This document shows, in pieces, positions 1-7,988 of a stretch of DNA of 30,121 nt (its first letter is position 1; every line of letters begins with the position of its first letter). Location of the stretch: positions 1-30,121 of the IMG/VR virus record IMGVR_UViG_3300007863_000012. One strand, given 5' to 3'. The notes under the pieces were generated by a model that worked only from the letters and a program-made list of their open reading frames with translations, searched no databases and was not told the DNA's origin. The position numbers and the translations under genes are program-made. Source of the DNA: a virus (taxonomy: Duplodnaviria; Caudoviricetes).

Positions 1-32
1 TCAAAGTTACGCTAAACGTAAGCCTAGACTGA
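1..32 (+). CDS. 3' end of upstream gene (partial; ...KVTLNVSLD*), probably a virion structural protein
   Basis: Frame 3 reads KVTLNVSLD then TGA at 30-32, followed by an AT-rich spacer and a terminator. Too short to assign a function. Confidence 0.55.
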   Translation, partial: KVTLNVSLD

Positions 33-71
33 TCCTATATAGAACAGACCCAATTTTTAATCATTTCATTG

Positions 72-102
72 TGGGGGTTGCTATTTTGCAATCCCCATTT
101 TT
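72..102 (+). terminator. Rho-independent terminator
   Basis: Stem TGGGGGTTGC (72-81) pairs with GCAATCCCCA (88-97) with one G-U pair; 6-nt loop; followed by TTTTT. Confidence 0.75.
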
Positions 103-117
103 AATGCTCCGTAGTGT

Positions 118-3100
118 ATGGCGATCTATACCTTTACATCAGGAATAGAATCAGAATCAGTTGGACAGTATTCCAACTACTTATTGAGCAGCCTTGCATT
201 ACGCACTATTGGTTCTTTTACTAAAAGAACTGCTAGAGGTTTATTTGGATTTATAAGCAGTGATGAAAGAAGATCTTATGCATATCACCCTGCTGTTATT
301 GACCTCTATACAGAAATTGATTATGGATCAATTTCATCTGTATTCACAAAAGTATTAGATCAAGGAACACTTACAGATAAGAATGCGACTCAGGTAGATT
401 ATGGTCGCATCATCTATGTAACTAATGTAGAATCCTTCGGATTCATTAAAGTACTCAACGAAGCGTCTTGGAAGGCGACTAACAGTTACGAAGGTACAGG
501 TACTGCATTTACCTTTGGTAATCAGACAGCACCAGGAAGATACTCCCATATTGTTGATGGTAAGGTCCGATGTAGTGGTACTGCGGATTCTTCGTTCTCT
601 CCTACTACTGAAAGTAGGGGAGGACTTTCCTTGCATGGAAATTCTTCAATTGGCATCACTGCTATTACGACTGGAAGCGGACAGATCTTCAGTGGTGGTC
701 TTAAGTCGGAGTCAAGAACTAAGGTATATCCTCTAGGAGAGGAAATTCTTGATTTAGAGAATCTATTTAATATTACTGGTGATGCATATGTATTGCGTCA
801 ACATGCATACGATACAGAAGGAACACTATTTAACTTCTCAAGTGTAACAGAGAAGTCTGTATTTAGTTACCAAGGTTCTGGAACTCTATTCGGATTTGGT
901 AACGAGAGCAGAAGACTCACTTATTCATATCCAGGAACTGACCTCTTCACGTATGAAGACTATGGTCAGATTGCCGCATCTACAACACAACCCAACGAAG
1001 ACTTTGGTTCTCTATTCAGAACTACTGGGGATGATGTATATGAGGTCTTCGATCGTGGCGAGATCCTCGTCAACTATACCAAGTCTCCATTCGGTCTATT
1101 CAAGCTTCGCAGCGAAACGATTGGCGCGAAACTTACACACATCACTGGTACTGGTACACTATTCAACCTTGGCGATGCTGACAGCAGGGGTCCTCAAAAC
1201 CATTACGGCGAAGGATCATTTACAATCAGTGGTGCATCCAAGACAAACTTCTTGCTACAAGAGTTTGGTTCTGGACTTATCTCCACGCTATCTGGTGCAG
1301 CAGAAACAATTACTGCAAGTCCAGATCAAGAACACAAATTACTGGACTTCACGGGTTTTGCTGGACAAAGCAGATCAGCAACACCTGCTATCGAAGGTCT
1401 CGATGTCAAGGTTCAGGGTGCTGGTCTCGCCAGATTTATTCCAAGATACAATGGAAGAGTACATCTCGATATTGATGGTGGACTCGTCACAGAGAAAGTT
1501 GCTCTTGCTCATCTCGGCACAGGTGTTCTATTCGACTTCATCGGAGCAGAAGAAAGAAGAGTATACTCTTACAACACCTCGTCGATTGACTTTATTACCC
1601 ATCCTGATTACGGATCTGTTGCTGATGCAGCGGCAATCTTCGATGACTATGGTGATTTAGATCTTCGATACACTGGCGAAACTGGATGGATGTCCACTCC
1701 AGACATTCGTGTTGATTATCACTATGTTCTTGATAATTATACCAACTACCCATTCGGCATCTTCCCACTCAAGGGTGAAGCACATGCTTCCAAGTCTTTT
1801 GAATACATTGCTTCTGGTCCATTATTTGTAGTCACTGGCGCAGTCGAACTACGATTCCCACCATTCCATGCGGGAGATGTACATTTTGTTGCCTATGGCG
1901 AAGTAAAAGAGAACAGATCCAAGTCTTACATTGGATTACAATCTCTGCAAATTTCTGGAGAGAAAGCAGAATCCTTTACTCCATCACCTGAAATTGTATC
2001 TGGTTCTATCTTCGCCATTGGTGGTGCAGCGGAATCCAAGACTTCTGATGAAGTATTCAACACTCTCTTCGAGATTACTGGTGCTTCTTCGGAAGTCAGA
2101 ACAAGAGGATATCAAGGAACCGGTTCTATCTTCTCCAACGGCATTCTATCCGAGTCCGTCGCGAAGACGTTCCCACTCACACCTGATTATACTGCTTACC
2201 TCACTCTCACTGCTGAAGATCTCAACAACCAGACTCTCACTACTGTTACCCCAGCAGTCGAGTATACAACAAGTGGAAATGCAGCATTCGATATTGGTCC
2301 ACACTTCAGATTTGGTGTCTCTGGTACTGGAGCTTCATACGAAGGCGCTTCCGGTGACAGAACTGTTGCATTTACTCTTGATCTCCGTCAGGTAAAAGAA
2401 CTAACTCTCAATATTGTTAAGGGCAATAATAGTAATGGCGGAAATGCGCCAGAATGTTTCGGAGATTCAGGCGATGATTTATACTATGAAATCAATAGCG
2501 GTGGCGAGACACTATTGGTCAGTGCTTGCAATACATCGTTTGAAACTTTAAATTCTGTCACTATTTCTGTACCTGTTGCAGATAGAGTACCTAATTCTCG
2601 GGTCGTTGTTCACCAGAAATATCATAGTGGCAGCACTCTTGATGTATGGGCATTACAATCAGTTCAGTATATTATCAATGGAGTTGGAGATCAACGCAAG
2701 ACTCTCTTCGATATTACTGGAGATGGAGAGTTCAGAAGAACTAAAGCACATCAAGGATCTGGAACTCTATTCGGTCTTTCAGGTGCTGTAGAATCTACAA
2801 CTGTTGATGAAGTATTCGCTACTTTATTCAATATTAGTGGCGCATCTGCAGAAGTTAGAACCAGAGGATACGAAGGAACTGGTGTTATCAGCACTCTTTC
2901 TGGTTCAGCAGAATCCTTCACTGCATCGCCAGACGATCTATTCTCGCTCTTCGACTTTACTGGTTCTGTCGTCGATAAAACAAGCAAATCCTATCAAGGA
3001 TTTGGAACTATATTCGGTCTTTCTGGAGCATCAGAATCCGTTGGTGCTAACCCACCAGATATCACTACAGATATTGTTATTTCTGGATTTGCTTCCGAAT

Positions 3101-6100
3101 CCAGAGTCAGAGGATATCAAGGATTTGTACATACAGAAATCTTCAGCACCAATGTAGTAGAGAAGGCAACATTTGATTATGTTGGATCTGGTGTTGTCAG
3201 TGCCTTCTCTGGTGGTGCTGAAGTAACAACACAAGCATTCGGTTCTGACAGAGTTCTACTTGACTTCCGTGGAACTTCTGTTGAGAAGTTTATTGCTAAT
3301 CCACCAGATATTAGAACAGACATCAATATCTTTGGATCTGCTTCGGCTAGAATAAATCCAAGATTTAATGGTTATGGAGTATTCTATGTTGATGTAGAGC
3401 ATGTAGAAAGAGTTTCCTTTGCTCATTATGGATCTGGAGATCTATTTACATTCTCCTCACAAGAAGAAGCTGTTGTTTATTCATACAACAATTCTTCGAT
3501 CGATTTCTTTATCCCAGTCGATCTTGGATTGGTTACTCTATCTGCGTCTACTCCAGCAGAACCAATTGCTCTATATCCAGAAACGGATTTTGGTACATTA
3601 GATCTTGCGTATACTGGAGAGAGAGGATGGTTCTCCACTCCAGATGATAGGCAAGATTGGCATTATATCCTTGACAATTATACAAGGTATCCATTTGGTC
3701 TCTTCGAGAAATTCAATGGTGCTGTTGTAGCCAGATTTGCAAGGGTAATAACTTTAGCAGAGGATATTTCTGCTGCTGGCACTATCAGAATTTCTGGAGA
3801 ATCAGCAAACAATGTTACTCCAAACTTCAATGGATCTGGAGAAATTCGTGTACTTGGTTCTGCAGAATCCGAGAGAGTTGGATTTGCAGAAGGGTTCAAT
3901 GTTCTCTTCGAGATTCATGGTGCAATTGCACAGAAGTTTACTGCTGCAGAACAAGCATTTGGAAAAATTATCCTGTCTGCAAATGCTGGTGTTTCGTTTA
4001 CTGGCGCAACAACACAGGATGCAACAATCTTTATCATTGGTGCTTCTGCAGAAATCAGGACGAGAGGATACCAAGGAACTGGATTCATTTCCACACTGTC
4101 CGGTGCTGCAGAATCCTTTACTGGCAATCCAGTTGAGAGACAGATTCTCTTTGATATTACTGGTCAAAGTGTATTACGAGCAACCAAAGCACACGAGGGA
4201 TCTGGAACTCTATTCGGTCTTTCAGGTGCGGCAGAATCTACAACTGTTGATGAAGTATTTGCTACTCTCCTCACTGTTAGTGGTGAAGCGGTTATCGTTT
4301 CTGCGAGAGGATACCAGGGAACTGGAAGAATCTCTACGCTGTCGGGTATTGCAGAATCCTTCACTGCATCTCCAGACGATCTATTCTCACTCTTTGACTT
4401 TACTGGCGTTGTATCGGATAGAACATCAAAAGGTTTTGTTGGATCCGGAACTCTATTCGGTCTTTCAGGTGCGGTAGAATCTACAACAGTTGACGAAGTA
4501 TTCAATACTCTCTTCGATATTACTGGTGCTTCTTCACAATCCAGGACAAGAGGATATCAAGGAAGTGGAAGAATTTCTACTCTATCTGGTGCAGCAGAAT
4601 CCTTTACTGTCAATCCAACGGAAAGAGAACTTCTATTCTCTGTCAGTGGACTGGCAACACAGTCTTTCTCCTTCGCAACTTACAGTGCAGAAGGAAATAT
4701 CAGTATTTCTGGTCAACTCGCAAAGACTTCACTTCGCACATTTGCAGAGCAACCAGAAGTACAAGCAAGAATTTCTGGTGCTGGCAAAGAATCTTATGTA
4801 CCAAACTGGAATGGCAGTGGTCGCATTTCCACACTATTTGGTACAGCAGAATCCGTCACTTTCAATACGAGAGTACCAGGACCTCTGTTCTCTATCAGTG
4901 GATTTGCTACACAAGCATTCTCCTTCGGCAATTTCGATGCAGATTCTGCAGCAAGAATTTTTGGAGAAGTATCTCTACCACCAACTCTTGTTTATGCAGA
5001 GTCTGGATTTGGAACCTTCACTGTATCTGGAGAAGGCGAATACGCGCACATCAATGTTCACAGTGGATTCGGCACAATCTTCTCCAAGGGTGTTGGTGGA
5101 GAATCTCTTACCAGAAGAATCCCAGCGTTCCAGGCAGATCTTGCTCTATCTGGATTTGCTGCAAAGAGAGCCACATTCAATCCACCAGATATTACAACAA
5201 GAATCCAGACTTCTGGAGAAATTGCTGTACCTATCAGAACCTTCAGCGAAGTATTCCAGGTCGAAATTTTTGTATCTGGAGAAGCTACAGAAAAAAGAAC
5301 CAATACCTTCGAGGGAGATGGATCTCTATTTGCAGTTGGATTTGGTGGCGAATCTATTTCCAGAAAACTGCCTGCCTTCCAGGCAGATATGTTTGTTTCT
5401 GGATTTGCGGATCAAAGAGCGACATTCAGAGAAACATTCTTCGGATCTCTATTCACATTCAGTGGATCTTCTGCTCCAGAACTTCTCACCTTCGCAGAGC
5501 AACCAGAAGTTCAGATTAGAATCGATGACGAATCTACTAACTCATCAACTAATGTATACATTGGTACTGGTAGAATCTCTACACTATCAGGTGCTGCAGA
5601 AGCAGCCACCTTCAATCCTCTGGAAAGAGAACTTCTATTCTCCTTCGGCGGTGGTTTCAGTGACATCAAGATTGTCAAGGCAGAAACCAAGCAAATCGAG
5701 ATCTCTATCGATGTCGATACAGATGTAAGATTCATCCCCAACTGGATCGTCGAAGGTACGATTCCTGTCAGTGGTATTGCACATACCACCAGATCTATTG
5801 TACACACAGGCGAAGGATTTATCAGCACTCTATCGGGTGTCGCAGAATCCTTTACATACAATCCAACAGAAGATACTGCACTATTCAGTTTCCTCGGAAT
5901 TGCAACAATCAGATCTGCTGTTTCGGAAGTCAAGACAATCCATACTTCGATCTTCGCAGAAGATGTCAAAGTATTGGTTGTCAAATTCTTCGTTGGTTCT
6001 GGTATTATCCCAGTATCTGGTCGGAAGGATGAGAGAACAGCGAAAGTATACGAAGGAACTGGTGTTATCAGCACTCTGTCTGGTTCCGCCGAATCCTTCA

Positions 6101-7089
6101 CTGCAAATCCAGACGATGTTACTGGACTGTTTGATATTCTTGGTATTGCAGATACAAAACCAATCAAGGTATTCACCAAGATCGGTTCTGGTGCTCTGTT
6201 CTCCAGATTTGGTGCTGGCGAAGCGAGATCAATTTCTGTTCCAATCAACGTTCCTTCTCAAGAATCTAAAGGACTCTTCAAACTGGATGGCACAGCTCCA
6301 GAGTCGTTTACTATTCCATATGAAGGATTTGGATCTCTATTCTCCTTTGAAGGACTCGAAGAAAGAAGAACATTTGCACATCAATCAGAAGGAACAGTCA
6401 CAGTTTCTGGTGTTGCTTCTACCCAAAGAACCAGAGACTACGAAGGATTCGGATCTCTGTTCTCGTTCATCGAAGCAGAATCTGCTGTCAGATTTATTCC
6501 TTCTACCCGCACAGTTCTCTTCGATATTACTGGCGAGTCTGTATTCAGAACAACTCAAGCACACGAAGGAAAAGGAAGTCTCTTTACATCCTTCACTGCT
6601 GGACAATCCAGAACATACAAACTTCCACAACATCTGGTTCCAAACCTCATCTTCAAAGGTGCGGCAACGATCAAGAATACCTACCAGTATCAAGGTCAGA
6701 ACCATCTGGAGATCACAGGTTCTGCACAAGAATCGTTCACTTCAACAGTATATGAAAGAGATGTTCGTCTTAAGACATCTGGAAATGCATCTCAAAGATT
6801 CGTTGCTACAGAAGAAAGTCAAGGTGGAACAATCAAGGTTCGTGGTACAGCAACGTTCCTTATCACCAACGCATTCCAGACATATACATTATTCGATATC
6901 GTTGGTATCGCCAATGTTGCGAAGTCTGCTGCCTTTGCTGGATCTGGAACAATATTTACCTTCATCAATGGTAAGGAGATACAACCAGACAAGGGTTATC
7001 AAGGATCTGGAACAATTACTCTACGTGGAGAATCCGTAGATACGAAGGTCAGTGTTGCCCCCGAACGCACTTACGGATGGATTATTTAA
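118..7089 (+). CDS. Very large (2323 aa) repeat-rich putative virion structural/fibre protein
   Basis: Long ORF rich in G/S/T/F/E. Many ~40-aa repeats (YxGxGxLF/ISxLSGAAESxT...LFxITG), four DYG-type modules and one inserted globular domain. Lies in the structural region. Confidence 0.75.
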   Translation: MAIYTFTSGIESESVGQYSNYLLSSLALRTIGSFTKRTARGLFGFISSDERRSYAYHPAVIDLYTEIDYGSISSVFTKVLDQGTLTDKNATQVDYGRIIYVTNVESFGFIKVLNEASWKATNSYEGTGTAFTFGNQTAPGRYSHIVDGKVRCSGTADSSFSPTTESRGGLSLHGNSSIGITAITTGSGQIFSGGLKSESRTKVYPLGEEILDLENLFNITGDAYVLRQHAYDTEGTLFNFSSVTEKSVFSYQGSGTLFGFGNESRRLTYSYPGTDLFTYEDYGQIAASTTQPNEDFGSLFRTTGDDVYEVFDRGEILVNYTKSPFGLFKLRSETIGAKLTHITGTGTLFNLGDADSRGPQNHYGEGSFTISGASKTNFLLQEFGSGLISTLSGAAETITASPDQEHKLLDFTGFAGQSRSATPAIEGLDVKVQGAGLARFIPRYNGRVHLDIDGGLVTEKVALAHLGTGVLFDFIGAEERRVYSYNTSSIDFITHPDYGSVADAAAIFDDYGDLDLRYTGETGWMSTPDIRVDYHYVLDNYTNYPFGIFPLKGEAHASKSFEYIASGPLFVVTGAVELRFPPFHAGDVHFVAYGEVKENRSKSYIGLQSLQISGEKAESFTPSPEIVSGSIFAIGGAAESKTSDEVFNTLFEITGASSEVRTRGYQGTGSIFSNGILSESVAKTFPLTPDYTAYLTLTAEDLNNQTLTTVTPAVEYTTSGNAAFDIGPHFRFGVSGTGASYEGASGDRTVAFTLDLRQVKELTLNIVKGNNSNGGNAPECFGDSGDDLYYEINSGGETLLVSACNTSFETLNSVTISVPVADRVPNSRVVVHQKYHSGSTLDVWALQSVQYIINGVGDQRKTLFDITGDGEFRRTKAHQGSGTLFGLSGAVESTTVDEVFATLFNISGASAEVRTRGYEGTGVISTLSGSAESFTASPDDLFSLFDFTGSVVDKTSKSYQGFGTIFGLSGASESVGANPPDITTDIVISGFASESRVRGYQGFVHTEIFSTNVVEKATFDYVGSGVVSAFSGGAEVTTQAFGSDRVLLDFRGTSVEKFIANPPDIRTDINIFGSASARINPRFNGYGVFYVDVEHVERVSFAHYGSGDLFTFSSQEEAVVYSYNNSSIDFFIPVDLGLVTLSASTPAEPIALYPETDFGTLDLAYTGERGWFSTPDDRQDWHYILDNYTRYPFGLFEKFNGAVVARFARVITLAEDISAAGTIRISGESANNVTPNFNGSGEIRVLGSAESERVGFAEGFNVLFEIHGAIAQKFTAAEQAFGKIILSANAGVSFTGATTQDATIFIIGASAEIRTRGYQGTGFISTLSGAAESFTGNPVERQILFDITGQSVLRATKAHEGSGTLFGLSGAAESTTVDEVFATLLTVSGEAVIVSARGYQGTGRISTLSGIAESFTASPDDLFSLFDFTGVVSDRTSKGFVGSGTLFGLSGAVESTTVDEVFNTLFDITGASSQSRTRGYQGSGRISTLSGAAESFTVNPTERELLFSVSGLATQSFSFATYSAEGNISISGQLAKTSLRTFAEQPEVQARISGAGKESYVPNWNGSGRISTLFGTAESVTFNTRVPGPLFSISGFATQAFSFGNFDADSAARIFGEVSLPPTLVYAESGFGTFTVSGEGEYAHINVHSGFGTIFSKGVGGESLTRRIPAFQADLALSGFAAKRATFNPPDITTRIQTSGEIAVPIRTFSEVFQVEIFVSGEATEKRTNTFEGDGSLFAVGFGGESISRKLPAFQADMFVSGFADQRATFRETFFGSLFTFSGSSAPELLTFAEQPEVQIRIDDESTNSSTNVYIGTGRISTLSGAAEAATFNPLERELLFSFGGGFSDIKIVKAETKQIEISIDVDTDVRFIPNWIVEGTIPVSGIAHTTRSIVHTGEGFISTLSGVAESFTYNPTEDTALFSFLGIATIRSAVSEVKTIHTSIFAEDVKVLVVKFFVGSGIIPVSGRKDERTAKVYEGTGVISTLSGSAESFTANPDDVTGLFDILGIADTKPIKVFTKIGSGALFSRFGAGEARSISVPINVPSQESKGLFKLDGTAPESFTIPYEGFGSLFSFEGLEERRTFAHQSEGTVTVSGVASTQRTRDYEGFGSLFSFIEAESAVRFIPSTRTVLFDITGESVFRTTQAHEGKGSLFTSFTAGQSRTYKLPQHLVPNLIFKGAATIKNTYQYQGQNHLEITGSAQESFTSTVYERDVRLKTSGNASQRFVATEESQGGTIKVRGTATFLITNAFQTYTLFDIVGIANVAKSAAFAGSGTIFTFINGKEIQPDKGYQGSGTITLRGESVDTKVSVAPERTYGWII
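2704..4509 (+). repeat. Intragenic DNA-level duplications within the 2323-aa gene
   Basis: Near-identical blocks 2755-2823, 4198-4266 and 4441-4509 (GGATCTGGAACTCTATTCGGTCTTTCAGGTGC...). Blocks 2908-2963 and 4351-4406 share the same 1443-nt offset as the first pair. 2869-2925 recurs at 6049-6105. Confidence 0.85.
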
Positions 7090-7092
7090 TAG

Positions 7093-7100
7093 TATAAATA
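7093..7100 (+). promoter_or_regulatory. T4-type late promoter (gp55 sigma) TATAAATA
   Basis: Exact consensus in the intergenic gap, 28 nt upstream of ATG 7129. Confidence 0.8.
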
Positions 7101-7128
7101 TTATCAGTAACCATATACCTTTTACGTC

Positions 7129-7587
7129 ATGACCACCCAGGTACAATTTAGACGTGGTACTACTTCTGAACATGCCCACTTTGTTGGGGCAGAAGGCGAA
7201 TTAACTATCGATACTGATAAAAATATGGCAGTCATCCACGATGGCGTGACCAATGGTGGTTTTGATGTGTTTAGAGCAAGATGGGAAAGAATTAATTCTG
7301 ACACTCTTCTTGGCACAAACTTACGTTATTTGGTAGATACTACAAACAATGGTATTACTTTAACTTTACCATACTACAATAATGGTCTGGTTCCAAAACC
7401 AGGAGATGTAATTGAGTTTGTTGATTCTGCATTTACATGGCATATAAATAATGTGACAATAACAGATCCTACCGGAAGACAATTTCAAAATAATGAAATG
7501 GTGATAGATTCTCCTCTGGTTTTTGATGTAAAAGGTGGAAAAGTTCAACTGATCTGGGAAGGAGTTTACTGGAGAGTAGTCGTATGA
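7129..7587 (+). CDS. Fibre-associated protein: Mtd_N-like N-terminal domain plus gp34-N-terminal-like repeat
   Basis: The start QVQFRRGTT...GELTIDTDK...HDGVTNGG resembles the major-tropism-determinant N-terminal/hyaluronidase-N motif. The C-terminal half (LVDTT..ITLTLP..PKPGDVIEFVD) resembles 11702-12028. Confidence 0.65.
   Translation: MTTQVQFRRGTTSEHAHFVGAEGELTIDTDKNMAVIHDGVTNGGFDVFRARWERINSDTLLGTNLRYLVDTTNNGITLTLPYYNNGLVPKPGDVIEFVDSAFTWHINNVTITDPTGRQFQNNEMVIDSPLVFDVKGGKVQLIWEGVYWRVVV
7443..7450 (+). promoter_or_regulatory. Possible internal late promoter TATAAATA
   Basis: Exact consensus inside a CDS, about 135 nt upstream of ATG 7584. Could be chance in AT-rich DNA. Confidence 0.35.
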
Positions 7588-7973
7588 CAATGTTCTTAAG
7601 CGATTTTTATCGCGCTTCGGATACAGTTACAACTGGAAACGGATCAGATGATTTAGGTAATGACTTTTTCATCCATGCATTAACAAGAGATGATAAGGGT
7701 ATGCTTACATACACCAAAATCAGATCTATTGATCCAACTGAAGTCGCTGATTTCACGCGAAAAGATGGTACACCATACCTGGATATCGCAACTGGATTGT
7801 ATGATTATGTAGAGGAAACTACGGAAGAAAAGTCTCTATATAATAATGCTGAAGATCGTTATCAACAATTTAGGTTTGATGAACGAAAACTGTCTTATTT
7901 TGTAGACAGTGACGGATACCTTGTTATCCGTTTCAATGAAGATTATGATTATACCACCGAAGGTCCCAAGTAA
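7584..7973 (+). CDS. Hypothetical acidic protein, probably structural
   Basis: 129-aa ORF with ATGA overlap on the upstream stop, inside the late operon. Confidence 0.65.
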   Translation: MTMFLSDFYRASDTVTTGNGSDDLGNDFFIHALTRDDKGMLTYTKIRSIDPTEVADFTRKDGTPYLDIATGLYDYVEETTEEKSLYNNAEDRYQQFRFDERKLSYFVDSDGYLVIRFNEDYDYTTEGPK

Positions 7974-7988
7974 GGAAAGTAAACTAAA

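Noticed and set aside
2755-4509. CRISPR-like array
   Set aside because: Repeats are irregularly spaced, degenerate and protein-coding; no spacer structure or cas genes.
896-7039. Long alternative-frame + strand ORFs (254, 221, 412, 422 aa) and minus-strand ORFs inside the 2323-aa gene
   Set aside because: They are L/Q/S-rich shadow translations expected from the codon bias and repeats of the main gene, with no recognisable motifs.
2704-7587. Diversity-generating retroelement (near-identical repeats plus an Mtd_N-like domain)
   Set aside because: No reverse transcriptase in the window. Repeats are in-frame coding duplications, and the mismatches inspected are synonymous and not adenine-specific. 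Mtd_N is only an anchor domain.
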